Source: a virus | Taxonomy: Duplodnaviria; Caudoviricetes | DNA: 64,000 nucleotides | Strand: one strand, 5' to 3' | IMG/VR virus record: IMGVR_UViG_2513237213_000006 | Span: 8,894-72,893 of that record | In this document: one piece after another, positions 10,429 to 21,340 of the stretch | How positions within the stretch are numbered: the stretch's first letter is position 1 | Layout of the letters: every line of letters starts with the position of its first letter | The notes under the pieces: model-generated | What the model was told of the DNA's origin: nothing | Database searches by the model: none | Seen by the model: only the letters and a program-made list of their open reading frames with translations | Translations under genes and position numbers: made by a program

Positions 10429-10819
10429 GCGAGAGTTATTTGGCAAGATATATCAGGAACTATGGAAGGACGCAGATCTTGCGAAGTTGCTGGGCAACCC
10501 TAAAACCCCCCAGGAACGCAGTGAGCGCATCCGAATGGGTATCACCCCGCTTTCCTATGCTACTGCAGATAAAGTAAATTTTATCAGTATGTATTTGTCC
10601 TCTACGACAGAGACTGAAAATATTTATGCAGTCAGGGCTTTCCTGAATGTTGACTACTACGGCAAAAGCTACTCCGATTTGTTACAAATGAGTGAAATCG
10701 TGGGGAGAGTTATGGAGCGGCTGGGTATTCTATGTGATAGTTCCTATGATGTGGCTTCAAACACCAAGGGTGTATACATTTATACCCAAAAATATAGACC
10801 TATTATATGGTCGCAATAA
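10418..10819 (+). CDS. Tail terminator-like protein
   Basis: 133 aa immediately before the major tail gene. Confidence 0.55.
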   Translation: MLSRRELFGKIYQELWKDADLAKLLGNPKTPQERSERIRMGITPLSYATADKVNFISMYLSSTTETENIYAVRAFLNVDYYGKSYSDLLQMSEIVGRVMERLGILCDSSYDVASNTKGVYIYTQKYRPIIWSQ

Positions 10820-10902
10820 CCCGATGGGGTATCAATATGAAATAGACAGCTCTCTAACGAGAGCGTTTTTTTATTATCAATTTTTTCAAAGGAGAAAAAT
10901 AA

Positions 10903-11682
10903 ATGGCAGAAGTAAAACTCAATCGTAATTTCTTTGTCGAAGGTACTGGCAAGGCAGTAGTCGGCGGCAAGAACGGCAAGGTCGGTTATATCCACCTGCA
11001 AAACGCAACTTTCGAGTTCAGCTCCAAGATGGAAAATATCGAAGGCGGCGAATCCAATGCAAGCCTGTTCTCTTATCAGACCGAAAAGGACGGTAAGGTC
11101 ACGTTCCAAAACGCTTCCATGGATGCGCAGACCGTGGCTCTTACGCAGGGCGTGACGGCTTCCAAAAAGGCTGTTGTGTTCGCAATGGAGGAAAAAGTTA
11201 AGGTTGACACCGATGGTACGGCTACGCTGGCTCACGCTGCTACTGCTGACCTTGAAACGCTGGTTCTCTCCACGGACGAGGGCGAGTATGTTCCGTATAA
11301 GGATGGCAAAGTTGACGCTAAGTATGCCAATCAGACGCTGGTTGCTACTTATGCGTACAGTGTAAATCAGAACGCAGTGGGCGTTGACGTTAAGACGACC
11401 TCTGTACCGGGCTATGTGACGATTTTCTTCCGTTCTAAGCCTGTAAAGCAGAAGGACGGCCGCATCCTCCGCCAGTTCTTGACGATTTACAAGGCACGTT
11501 CTGACGGTTCCCTGAAGGTTGACTTCAAGCACAAGAACGCCTTTGCTCCCGAGCTGACCTTCAACATCGTTGATCCGGAACGCACTGACGAGAAGTTCTG
11601 GGCATATTCCTGGCAGGATGTGACCGAGGAAGAGGCTGGCAACCCGGACGTGGTTGTGCCGACTGAATCTGCTGGCGAATAA
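10903..11682 (+). CDS. Major tail (tube) protein
   Basis: AAGGAG SD, biased codons, beta-rich, followed by chaperone and tape measure. Confidence 0.8.
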   Translation: MAEVKLNRNFFVEGTGKAVVGGKNGKVGYIHLQNATFEFSSKMENIEGGESNASLFSYQTEKDGKVTFQNASMDAQTVALTQGVTASKKAVVFAMEEKVKVDTDGTATLAHAATADLETLVLSTDEGEYVPYKDGKVDAKYANQTLVATYAYSVNQNAVGVDVKTTSVPGYVTIFFRSKPVKQKDGRILRQFLTIYKARSDGSLKVDFKHKNAFAPELTFNIVDPERTDEKFWAYSWQDVTEEEAGNPDVVVPTESAGE

Positions 11683-11700
11683 GCCACTGAGTAAAAAGAA

Positions 11701-11745
11701 AAGGGGTGTCCAATCTTTTATGGTTGGATGCCCCGTCTTTTTTGG
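11701..11745 (+). terminator. Terminator after major tail gene
   Basis: GGGGTGTCCAA...TTGGATGCCCC stem and T-run. Confidence 0.65.
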
Positions 11746-11771
11746 TGTACGAACAGAAAGGAGTTTAACTT

Positions 11772-12137
11772 ATGACTGATAATTTTATTAAATGCCGCGA
11801 TGGCAAAGACCGTGAAATTTTTCCGGCACTGATTAAAGACCGCAAGCGCATCCAACACTTTATTGTAAAGTTCCGTACCGATATGGCTATTCTTAATCTG
11901 CTGTCCCCTGACCTCGCAAAAGTGGCAGAGATTGGAGATTTTGAAGCAGCTTCGGCTTTCTCCGATGAGCCATATGACGCAATGATGGAAATGCTGGTAA
12001 TGGCGTTTGGCAATAAATACACCGCAGAGCAGCTGGAGGAATTTGTCGATGTGGCAATGGTTCCCAAAATCTTTGATGTATTCTTTGCTATCAGCGGCTA
12101 CAAAGATACAAAAAAAAAGACCAGCAAGAGCAAGTAA
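11772..12137 (+). CDS. Tail assembly chaperone (G-like)
   Basis: Between tube and tape measure; ends at a slippery A-run. Confidence 0.8.
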   Translation: MTDNFIKCRDGKDREIFPALIKDRKRIQHFIVKFRTDMAILNLLSPDLAKVAEIGDFEAASAFSDEPYDAMMEMLVMAFGNKYTAEQLEEFVDVAMVPKIFDVFFAISGYKDTKKKTSKSK

Positions 12138-12349
12138 GCTGGGACGAGCTGGTCGCAAGTATCGTAAAAAACACCAGTATGACTGTAAAAGATATAGGCG
12201 AAATGAGCTACCCTGAACTTGAGGGGCTTATGGACGGCATGGCCACCAACGCTAAAAAGGAAGAAGCCTACCTGAAGGGCGAGGAAGAAATCACTGAGAA
12301 TGGTGACGCTAATGACTTCATGCAGTTTATGATGAACGGCGGGATGTAA
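12110..12349 (+). CDS. -1 frameshift extension of the tail chaperone (G-T-like; DQQEQVSWDEL...MMNGGM*)
   Basis: A9G run at 12110-12119 contains A-AAA-AAG; the -1 frame is open to TAA 12347-12349. Confidence 0.8.
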   Translation, partial: KKKDQQEQVSWDELVASIVKNTSMTVKDIGEMSYPELEGLMDGMATNAKKEEAYLKGEEEITENGDANDFMQFMMNGGM

Positions 12350-12997
12350 TCAGCCCCATTTTTGGGAGTGTTTGTATATTTCTTGTTTTATCTCGTATTC
12401 GTGTTTGGGTTCAAAAAAAGCGAGTTTTCCCGTTTCGTGGTCTTTAATCGAGTTGTAATATCCAAAGGCAACTGTTTTTATTGCGAGCAGTATCAAAGCT
12501 ATGAGAGAGTAGTCTATGATGTCCAGTAAGGCTCGCTGAGCCTCTATGAATGTCTCGCATCTTGCTTGTTGGTCAGCTATTTGCGCCCACATTATAGATT
12601 GCTCACGCGGCGGGACATTAACTGCCCAGCTGGTTGCCGAATTGGGGTCTAGGCAGTTTGTCACAAAAAGGTATGCCGCGAAAGACGTGAACGGCAGAAG
12701 TAACACAAGGCTCATTGTCATCGCCTTTGCCAGTTCTTTCCAATCGACTTTATATTTCAATTTATTTTTAATCAATAAAAGCCAAAAAGCAACAATGGGA
12801 GCCGTAACAAGCGCTAGTGATAGGTGTTTTAGGTTTGCAACTCTTAACAAAACGTGCTGAGTCCCAGTTGCTAGCGTCCCTAACCCTAGACCTGCCCAAA
12901 CTGCAGGAATACTAAAACACACTGTTATCCCTATGCAGGAAAAGACAAAGATTGTAGCACCCAAACTCATGGGAAACAGAAAAAACATATCAATCAA
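12350..12997 (-). CDS. Multi-pass membrane protein, reverse-oriented moron
   Basis: 215 aa with several hydrophobic segments; AT-richer; opposite strand inside the tail operon. Confidence 0.75.
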   Translation of the reverse strand: MIDMFFLFPMSLGATIFVFSCIGITVCFSIPAVWAGLGLGTLATGTQHVLLRVANLKHLSLALVTAPIVAFWLLLIKNKLKYKVDWKELAKAMTMSLVLLLPFTSFAAYLFVTNCLDPNSATSWAVNVPPREQSIMWAQIADQQARCETFIEAQRALLDIIDYSLIALILLAIKTVAFGYYNSIKDHETGKLAFFEPKHEYEIKQEIYKHSQKWG

Positions 12998-13066
12998 CTC
13001 CCTAAATTTTCTGTCTATATTATACCATACTGCCTTTTAATAACTCTACAATACAGGAGGTAAAAT

Positions 13067-16000
13067 TTGGATAAAAACCAAGAACTACGGACAAATCTCG
13101 TGCTTGAGGCCAACTCTGCATTAACCGCAATCAGAGAGCTTTCCGATGGGCTGGACAAAATCAGCAAATTGAAGTTTGATAACGTAAAAAGCGGTTTCGA
13201 TTCGCTGACCAAGGCTTTTCAGGCGGCTCAGAAAATGTCCTCTAAGGTGGCTAAGACTCAGGTAAAAGAGGAAGAAGAACTGCAGAACTTAATGCAAAAG
13301 CGAAAGAAAATTATCGCTGACATGATGAACCAGTTTTCAAAAGAAAAGACTGGCTTATCTGTAAAGGTCGATATGTCTGCCGCTCAAAAGGAACTGCAGA
13401 AAACCACCCGCATGGTTGCCGATATGTACGATGCACTGGGGCAAACGGGAAAAGCTAAAACCCTGATGGGCGAGGCTCTTAATGTTCTCGCGAAACTCAG
13501 TAATGGGGGAGCGAAAGGGATAGGTCTAGAGTCTGCAAAAAGAGAATACAAGGACTTTGAGCGACAACTCCAAGAAAACAAGGCCATGAGGGCTGAACTC
13601 GATCGACAGGTAGCCAACGGCATAGCCGAACAACACCGCCAAGAAGCTGTGAAAAAAGGGAAAGACCCGTATTCCGACCCGGTTTATGCAAATTCTGAGG
13701 CTGGCAAAAAGGCAAAAAAAATAAAAGACCAGCAAGAGGCCGAGGCCAAGGCCAAGGCGGAGCAGCAGAAAAAAGATACTGAAGCTCTGCAGAAATACCT
13801 CGAACAAAAAGAAAAGGCGTATGCAAGAGAGCTGGAAGCAGAAGCTGCGCTGGCTCGAAAACGCAAAGAAAATGAAAACCAACGGATTGAGGCCACCAAA
13901 AAACGCCAAGAGCTAAACAAGGATGAGTGGGCTGCTGTCCAAAAGGCTCTCGGGGAAAAGGAACGTGACCCACACCGTAACGACCTCTACAAAACCACTG
14001 GCACATATTATCCCGAAATGAATCGCAGGGAACGGTTATCGGCTACTCCGTCCGAAGCGGATGAGTTAGCTAAAATGCGAGCGGAGGACATCAATAATCG
14101 TCGTTTGGCCAGAGAATCGGCTGAGAAAAAACGTCAGGCACAAGCCGAGGAAAAGGCTGAGCTTGACAGAATGAAAGCCCAAGAGATTAACAACAATCGA
14201 CTGGCTCGGGAGCGACTGGAACGAGAGCAACAACTTACCAATGCTAGGTTAGATAATGAGAAACGTGTTCAAGCTGAAATAAAGCAAAATGAAGACCGCA
14301 TCAAAAAGAACCGCGCAGATGCTCAAAGCGGTTTTACGAAATATTTTAACCTTCAGGATAAGCTGGGTAAATTTACGAGAGATATAAACTTCCTTAGCGG
14401 GAAAGAAGTTTCCGAAACGAAAATGCACCAACTCCTCGAGGAAATGGAAAAAATTAGGCGCAAGGCGCTTGATATTGGTGCCACGGATATTGCCAGCAAG
14501 CTGACCAAAAACATGCTGAGTGGCGTTAAGGTAGTTACTGAGGCCGAAAAAGAGGCAGCTAGAGAGAAAAAGAAAGCTGACAATGAAGCTCAGAAACGCC
14601 TTAAAGAGCAAGCAAAACTCATAGAAGATATTGCAAAGCTCTGGAAGGACATTGAAAAATACCGAGGCGCAGATGGCCAGAGTTTGTCTAAAAAGGGCTA
14701 TGACAATATGCTGGGCAGAATTAGCAACCTGCGTGACAGGGCAGTGGAGCAAGGTTTACATGGCGATGCAACATTACTGAACCCTTCCCTGCTGAACGGC
14801 GTAAACACAAAGCTGGGGCAGTTTAATAATCGCCTGTCCGAAGCGAAAGACAAAGCGCAACAGCTCTATATGAGGTTTCGAGAAACTGGCAAAGAGGCCG
14901 ACAAATTGAACTTCTTGAAAGCCAAGGCAGACCTCAAAGAAATGAACAACCTCGCTGAGGATTTTGATCGAGCCATCAGCAAGGCTAGACGGCATGAGCT
15001 GACGCTGGGGAATATTGCTAAAAGGGCGCGAGAGTCTGCTAACTGGCAAATCGGTGGCCGAATCGAAAACACCGTCGTTGATTTTCCGAGCGAAGTTATC
15101 TCGTCTGTTAGTAAATATGAGCTGGCTATGGCTGGTATTGCACAGGTGTTGCCAAAAGTTGAAGAAGGGCAGTCTGCTGCTAACGCTCAATTCGGTAAAT
15201 TTGCAGATATTGCCGCTCGTTATGGGCAGTCTCTCGATAGTGCTCTCGAATCGGCAAAATCAATAGGTAGAATGTATGGTCAGGCCGACGGAAACCACAA
15301 CAAAGGAGCAGAGAATACCTCTCTTTTGACCGCACAAGCAATGAAAATGGCAACGGTCGACAACTTTGACCCCATTGAAGCTACTCGCGGTCTCGAGTCT
15401 GCGTTATCACAGTTTAACTTACAGACCGAGGACACTAACCTTTTGATGGAACGCTCGGGAAAAATCCTTGACGTTTGGACAAAGCTGGCACACAATTCGG
15501 GTGCTTCTGCTCAGGATTTGGTTCAAGGTGTAAACCAAGCAGGCGCGGCTGCTCATCAGTGTGGTGTGTCTTTCGAGACACTGAACTCGCTCGTGGCTGT
15601 GGGTATTCGCTCCACTGGCAAGACAGGCAACGAGATAGGCACGACTCTAAAAAGTATGTTCTCTTCTATCCTTTCCGATAAGAACATCAAAAGCATGGAG
15701 CAGTTTGGCGTTAGAGTGTACGACATTGGAGAAAACGGTAGCAGAAAACTTCGAGATATGAAGGATATTATTCTGGATATTTCTCGCGTTCTAAGTACTG
15801 GCGGCAAAGACGCCAAAGAACTCCGTGACTTTATGATGCCTATTGCTGGTGGTAAACAGCAGTATTCAAAAATCGATGCTATTCTTGCGAACTACAAAGA
15901 GTTACAGCGTACCATGGGAGAAGCTAGTGACTCTGCAGGTTTTACGGATAAGCAGTTGGAACTTCAGCTCAATACAATTTCTCGTAAGTGGGAAACCCTA

Positions 16001-19000
16001 AAAACTAATGTCTCTCACTGGTTTGCTAATAGCGGCGCGGATGGGTTGGCCAACGATCTGAAGTGGATTCTCGATACGCTAAATAGAATTGTAAATGCCG
16101 TTATGGACGCAGATACTCATTTTTATCAATGGGCAAAGTTGGGAGTTCAAATTGTTATCGCGTGGAAAGCTATCCCTGCTCTTATAAACATGGCGGCTCG
16201 TGCGGCTGGACGCTTTGCAGCTGCTAGTACGTTTAAGGGTGGAGCCTCTGCTGGAGTTGCTTCGTTAGGCAGTGGGTTAGCAACACAATTTAGCGCAGCA
16301 AAGTATGGCGAGATGAGAAAGCAATTACAAGCGGGAAATGTCCAAATTGCTAAGGCCAATAGCCTTATGACAATATGGAACGGCTTGATGACCAAAGGTG
16401 CTAGGGCATCTTCGGTTGCCGCTTTTGGGGTAAAATTGTTTTCCGGCGCGATAGGTACTCTTCGGGGAATAGTTGCCGCGTTAGGCGGCCCTATGGGGCT
16501 GGCGATTACGGCTGCGATGTTACTAAGTGAACAGTTCATAGCAAGTGCTAACGATGCGGAGGTTTTAAAAGAGAAGCAGGAAGATATAATTCAAAAATCT
16601 GAAGAAGTGGCTACCACCACCGCTCTAGAGCTGGAGAAGCACGATGAAGCCGCAAAAAAAGCGCAAGAGCTCGCAGACCAATACAATATGCTGGTTGATT
16701 CTTTGAACGCTTTAAAAGCCGCTGATGACGGTTCTGCTGAGTCTGCACAACGGCAAGCAGACGTTCGTAAACAAATGGGGGCGATTAGTGACGAGGTTCA
16801 ACAAATACTCCATGCCAACGCTATTGAGTTCGACAAAGACGGAAAAATAAACAAAGACACCATTGAGAGCCTAGCTGAAGCCGATAAGGCTAAAACGATA
16901 GAGAAAATAGATAATGCTCAGTCTGAAATAACAGCAGAAAAAGACCGCCTTGATGCTAAAATCGAATCAGCAAAGATCATCTTGGAGGCTCAAAAGGCTG
17001 AAATCAACAGTACCTATGCCGTTGCGACTGCATATAAAGCTCTGTACGCCACCGTTACTGCCCTTGAAGGGTTGATGGCTGGTTTTGATTTCGGGATGCA
17101 AGGAGCTCTGGAGTCTACCATGATTGGTGGAGCTTCTCGTTTTGTTTTCGGTGATGCTAAAACAGATGAATGGATTGCGTCTTTTAAAAGCTCCGCTCAA
17201 TCTCATGCTCAAAACTTTGCTAATAGGTTGGATTTTTTAAGCTCTGGCAAAAATATTCTTGCTCTGCAAAATGTAATTGAACAACAGAAAATTATAGACA
17301 GTCTCCAACCTCAAGTTGACCGTTTAAGTGACAGGTGGAATAGTCTTGAGGCCGTAAAGCGTGGAGTCGGATATGACCAAGATAAACATGAGTATTATGA
17401 GAAAAGGGAAGATATAGACACTTCCGGCAGAATCCCCGGTGGAGGCAAAGAGCATCCTCTGTCAGAAGCAGAGAAGAAGGCTGCTGCCAAAGAAGCCGCT
17501 AAGGCCAAACGCGAGGCTGCAAAAGCTGCTAGAGAACAGGCTAAACTTGAACGACAGAAAGAGATTGTCTCTTTCCGTAATGACGAGCCTATGGACTATG
17601 TAAATACTGTGTCTAAAGAAACTGGCGCTCTTACTATCGGTCAGTTACTGTCGTTTGCGGCGGCTCTTAATGGTCATAACGACCCGTGGAAGGTTCATGC
17701 GGACTATTTCTCCGATAAGAATATTTTCAAGGTTCCCGAGGCACTGACAAACCAATATGCCGATGGAAAGACCGATGAGGAGTCTCGTTTTTGGGCGTTC
17801 TCTAAATGGTTACAGAATAACCAGGCGCGATTTGGCGGATATGAAGGGGCACTTGAGGCTTATTACAAAACTATCCATCCGCAAACCAGTGATGAGGAAC
17901 TGAAGCGTAAGGCAGAGGCGTGGATGAACGAGGGCGAGTATTTCGACTCCAAACACGATTACAACAAAAACAAATCTGTGCTGACTCATCATAGTGCCTA
18001 TGGTACTGGCTATGCAAGCGGGGACGTTATTACTGGCTCCCAGTATGACGATTATATTAACCGCATGGCCGAGCGGTATGGTGTCGATAAGGTGCTGGCT
18101 CATCAAATCGCAGAACGAGAATCAACGCATGGTCAATATTCCAGTAATGTAATGCAGGTTGAATCCGCGACAGGTAGAGAAATGGGCTTCTCCGATATGA
18201 GTGACCCTTTCCAGTCTATCGAGGCCGGACTCAAATATTTTGCGAAGATGTTAAACGACAACAACGGCAACATCGAAGCGGCGCTTAGGGCGTACAATGG
18301 CGGCGGAGACCCGAACTATGTTGAAAATGTTTTGAAGCACAAATATACTCCTGTAGGTGTAACAGGCAATAGTTCTATTTGGGATAAGGCGGCAGAACAT
18401 CTTAGCGACCAAGGACTTTTGGACTACGGAGCCGGGGCAGAAAACCTCGGTCTGCAATGCGCTGCCTTTGTTTCCAAGGTGCTTGTAGAGGCCGGGGTAA
18501 AAGGACTTAACTCTATCAATGTAGACGAATTGGCCAGACAGGCTGATGCGCAGGGGCTTTATCATTCGGCAGACAGTGGCTACCAACCACAAAAGGGCGA
18601 TATTTACATTTGGGGACATCACACTGGATTTGCTGATGGACAAGGTAACTATATAGCCCGTAACTCCACTGAGGGGGTTCACTTCGGGAATGAGCTTGAC
18701 TACCGGGCAAATTTTGGCGGTCTTAGGGGATATATCTCCACTGGCTCTGCACTTGGTGGCAGCAGCAAGCAAGCGGCTTTCCAATGGAAAAATAGCGAGT
18801 CGGATGGACAGCCTACTTTATTGAATTGGAGACCAAACCAGCAAAATGTTGTACAGAATTGGTATGAACGCCAGCAAGACCTGTTTAAACTTCAAGAACA
18901 AGAAGTAAAAATGCTAGAAGATGCTGGTCAAATGGCCGAGTCAATCAAAGAGCAGTCTCAAACGGCTAGAGACAAAGCTAATACGCAGGCTACTTATCTT

Positions 19001-20539
19001 GCGATTACAAAGCGGAATGTGCTAGAAGCCTATAAACTGTTCATTAAGAAAATGTCTGAGGACAGTGATGTACAGGCTGCGTTGAAGCGGAATGGCACGA
19101 CCATTACCAATATTTCTCCTTCCGATATGGATGACCTTATCCAGCGCATGAAAAATGCCAAAAAGAACACCGAGGAGCTGGAGCGATTGTGGAAGGTTGT
19201 CAAAGAGTTTAAGTTCGACTCTAACGGCAACAGTACAAAGCTACAAGAAATTGACCTCAACGAAAAGCAACAGCGAATCGAAGCGGCAAAAGCATCCGGG
19301 TATATGACACCCCAAGAGGAAGAAGATTATGCTCTGAACTCGTTGGACTTGTGGTATCAGCAAGAATCCAGCGGCAAAATATTCCAAGACCCTCGCATGG
19401 AAGAGGAATATCACAGACAAAGAGCCACTGTTTATCAGACACGGCTGGAACGTCTGCAGGTAGAAGCTGAAAAGGCTGACGAGGATGCCCCAGCTGTCAA
19501 GGAGGAATTACGTCAAAAGGTATTAGCTGCCAAGAACAATGTTGACAGTAAAGAAGCCGCTCTCCATAACGCCAGTACGCCAGAGGAAATCGCAAAGGCC
19601 AAAAAGGAACTTGACGAAGCGCAAAATGCACTTGACCTGCAGAGCGAAACGTGGCGAAATGTTGAGCAACACGGCACCGATGCGCAGCGCAAAATTGCGC
19701 AGGAAACGTCAAAGACAATAGCCAACCTAAACAAAGAAACTAAGGCCGCCGACAAAGTGGGTACGGAGATAAAGCAGAAAATTGGTAATGGTATAAAAAC
19801 CATGTTCTCCGATGTGCTTATCGAGGGTAATAACTTCAAGGACGCATGGAAAAACCTTTGGACAGATATAGGCAAGTTTGCACTTGACCGTCTGTTGGAA
19901 ATCCAAATGTCGAAATGGTTCACCCCAATCGGCAAAGCCACAGGTGGCTCTGTTAAGGCTGGTGCCACTGGTGGCATGGTTACTAATCTCTCCGGCATTG
20001 CTCGTTTTGCCAACGGTGGTTATACTTATACAAATGGCCTGATCCAAGGGGCAGGGACAGGGACTTCCGACAGTATCCTGACATACCTTGCGCACAGAGG
20101 ACAGTTCATCGCTACCTCCAACGGCGAATACATCATCAAAAAATCCTCGGTAGACAAGCTGGGTGTTGGTTTCCTCGACACGTTGAACAATAACCCTGAA
20201 GCAATCGGGGCATTGAACGGCCTTAAACGATACGCCAACGGCGGCAACCTCGGGGAGTCTTATGCGCCTTCTATGAGTCTGAAAGGAATCAACGGCTATA
20301 AGACCTTCAACAAGTCCAATATGGAAAAGCAAATGAGTTTCTCTACCCGAAAAATGGAAACGCTTCTGCAGGGACTCCGGCAAGACGTACAGGATGGCAA
20401 CAAGTCTGATGGTTCGGTCGCACAGCCGATTATCCTGAACACGCAAGCTGACAGCGCATCCGTGATGAAAGCTATTGCAAAGAACCCGAGAGCATTACAG
20501 GCCATCTTGGGGAATAACCAGCGAAGGGGGTTTAGATAA
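13067..20539 (+). CDS. Tape measure protein with SLT lytic transglycosylase and CHAP/NlpC-like domains
   Basis: 2490 aa, TTG start with AGGAGG SD; TP901-type core; 'IAEREST...VMQV...ALRAYNGG' (SLT); 'QCAAFVSKVL...WGHHTG' (CHAP-like). Confidence 0.92.
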   Translation: MDKNQELRTNLVLEANSALTAIRELSDGLDKISKLKFDNVKSGFDSLTKAFQAAQKMSSKVAKTQVKEEEELQNLMQKRKKIIADMMNQFSKEKTGLSVKVDMSAAQKELQKTTRMVADMYDALGQTGKAKTLMGEALNVLAKLSNGGAKGIGLESAKREYKDFERQLQENKAMRAELDRQVANGIAEQHRQEAVKKGKDPYSDPVYANSEAGKKAKKIKDQQEAEAKAKAEQQKKDTEALQKYLEQKEKAYARELEAEAALARKRKENENQRIEATKKRQELNKDEWAAVQKALGEKERDPHRNDLYKTTGTYYPEMNRRERLSATPSEADELAKMRAEDINNRRLARESAEKKRQAQAEEKAELDRMKAQEINNNRLARERLEREQQLTNARLDNEKRVQAEIKQNEDRIKKNRADAQSGFTKYFNLQDKLGKFTRDINFLSGKEVSETKMHQLLEEMEKIRRKALDIGATDIASKLTKNMLSGVKVVTEAEKEAAREKKKADNEAQKRLKEQAKLIEDIAKLWKDIEKYRGADGQSLSKKGYDNMLGRISNLRDRAVEQGLHGDATLLNPSLLNGVNTKLGQFNNRLSEAKDKAQQLYMRFRETGKEADKLNFLKAKADLKEMNNLAEDFDRAISKARRHELTLGNIAKRARESANWQIGGRIENTVVDFPSEVISSVSKYELAMAGIAQVLPKVEEGQSAANAQFGKFADIAARYGQSLDSALESAKSIGRMYGQADGNHNKGAENTSLLTAQAMKMATVDNFDPIEATRGLESALSQFNLQTEDTNLLMERSGKILDVWTKLAHNSGASAQDLVQGVNQAGAAAHQCGVSFETLNSLVAVGIRSTGKTGNEIGTTLKSMFSSILSDKNIKSMEQFGVRVYDIGENGSRKLRDMKDIILDISRVLSTGGKDAKELRDFMMPIAGGKQQYSKIDAILANYKELQRTMGEASDSAGFTDKQLELQLNTISRKWETLKTNVSHWFANSGADGLANDLKWILDTLNRIVNAVMDADTHFYQWAKLGVQIVIAWKAIPALINMAARAAGRFAAASTFKGGASAGVASLGSGLATQFSAAKYGEMRKQLQAGNVQIAKANSLMTIWNGLMTKGARASSVAAFGVKLFSGAIGTLRGIVAALGGPMGLAITAAMLLSEQFIASANDAEVLKEKQEDIIQKSEEVATTTALELEKHDEAAKKAQELADQYNMLVDSLNALKAADDGSAESAQRQADVRKQMGAISDEVQQILHANAIEFDKDGKINKDTIESLAEADKAKTIEKIDNAQSEITAEKDRLDAKIESAKIILEAQKAEINSTYAVATAYKALYATVTALEGLMAGFDFGMQGALESTMIGGASRFVFGDAKTDEWIASFKSSAQSHAQNFANRLDFLSSGKNILALQNVIEQQKIIDSLQPQVDRLSDRWNSLEAVKRGVGYDQDKHEYYEKREDIDTSGRIPGGGKEHPLSEAEKKAAAKEAAKAKREAAKAAREQAKLERQKEIVSFRNDEPMDYVNTVSKETGALTIGQLLSFAAALNGHNDPWKVHADYFSDKNIFKVPEALTNQYADGKTDEESRFWAFSKWLQNNQARFGGYEGALEAYYKTIHPQTSDEELKRKAEAWMNEGEYFDSKHDYNKNKSVLTHHSAYGTGYASGDVITGSQYDDYINRMAERYGVDKVLAHQIAERESTHGQYSSNVMQVESATGREMGFSDMSDPFQSIEAGLKYFAKMLNDNNGNIEAALRAYNGGGDPNYVENVLKHKYTPVGVTGNSSIWDKAAEHLSDQGLLDYGAGAENLGLQCAAFVSKVLVEAGVKGLNSINVDELARQADAQGLYHSADSGYQPQKGDIYIWGHHTGFADGQGNYIARNSTEGVHFGNELDYRANFGGLRGYISTGSALGGSSKQAAFQWKNSESDGQPTLLNWRPNQQNVVQNWYERQQDLFKLQEQEVKMLEDAGQMAESIKEQSQTARDKANTQATYLAITKRNVLEAYKLFIKKMSEDSDVQAALKRNGTTITNISPSDMDDLIQRMKNAKKNTEELERLWKVVKEFKFDSNGNSTKLQEIDLNEKQQRIEAAKASGYMTPQEEEDYALNSLDLWYQQESSGKIFQDPRMEEEYHRQRATVYQTRLERLQVEAEKADEDAPAVKEELRQKVLAAKNNVDSKEAALHNASTPEEIAKAKKELDEAQNALDLQSETWRNVEQHGTDAQRKIAQETSKTIANLNKETKAADKVGTEIKQKIGNGIKTMFSDVLIEGNNFKDAWKNLWTDIGKFALDRLLEIQMSKWFTPIGKATGGSVKAGATGGMVTNLSGIARFANGGYTYTNGLIQGAGTGTSDSILTYLAHRGQFIATSNGEYIIKKSSVDKLGVGFLDTLNNNPEAIGALNGLKRYANGGNLGESYAPSMSLKGINGYKTFNKSNMEKQMSFSTRKMETLLQGLRQDVQDGNKSDGSVAQPIILNTQADSASVMKAIAKNPRALQAILGNNQRRGFR

Positions 20540-21240
20540 TGGAGGATTTACAGACTTTTAAACTGAACCCCAAAGGGCAGGTAAAGATTTCCCTCGCATG
20601 GGCACCGAAACGGACTGATTTTATGTCAGGCAAATCCCAGTTCCAACGCAGGAGAATTAACGCAAAAAAAGCCTACTCGTTCACGGTCTGCGGAGGTCGC
20701 AAGGATTATGACTACCTGATGGAGTTTTATAATTCCCACTTCGGACAGTTAAAGCCCTTCTACTTCGACTATGACGGCAAGACGGAAAAGGTTTATTTTG
20801 GCTCGGCTCTGCAGGTAAAAATCAAAAGGGAGGTCGGCAAGATCGTCGGCTTCTCTGCTAATATTTCACTGGACATTGACAAGCGCGGAAAAATCGACAA
20901 GATTACACCGTCAGAAAGCGATGTACTCCCAAAGGCAACCCCGGCTGTTACCTATTCTTCCGATTGGAATACAAAGGTGTATAGCAGCTCCCCAGCGGTC
21001 AATCGCCGTAAAGAGTACAACAAGCCTCGGGAGAAACTGTCTGTCAAATTCAAGGGGCTGAAGAAAGAACGTGACAGGGTCATTGATCTGTATGAGTCCC
21101 ATGCCGATTTACCGTGCCTATTCCCTTTCGATGGAAAAAAGGTAAAAGTGCGACTCCCCGACTCCATAACCATCACAGATTACAGGGAGGTCAAGAAAAT
21201 TGTTGGCTATGAGTGCCAAATGGATTTAGAAATAGTGTAA
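20539..21240 (+). CDS. Distal tail-type protein with two similar halves
   Basis: After tape measure; 'FYNSHFGQLKPFYFDYDG' paralleled by 'LYESHADLPCLFPFDG'. Confidence 0.6.
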   Translation: MEDLQTFKLNPKGQVKISLAWAPKRTDFMSGKSQFQRRRINAKKAYSFTVCGGRKDYDYLMEFYNSHFGQLKPFYFDYDGKTEKVYFGSALQVKIKREVGKIVGFSANISLDIDKRGKIDKITPSESDVLPKATPAVTYSSDWNTKVYSSSPAVNRRKEYNKPREKLSVKFKGLKKERDRVIDLYESHADLPCLFPFDGKKVKVRLPDSITITDYREVKKIVGYECQMDLEIV

Positions 21241-21245
21241 GGATC

Positions 21246-21282
21246 AAGGCTCGTTTCCGATATGGAGGCGAGTCTTTTTTTG
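21246..21282 (+). terminator. Terminator
   Basis: GGCTCG...CGAGTC stem and T-run. Confidence 0.5.
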
Positions 21283-21340
21283 TTTTCGCCTGTTTTTTAT
21301 GTCGATATTCACCATGAGTAAAATATAGAGGAGTGTTTAA

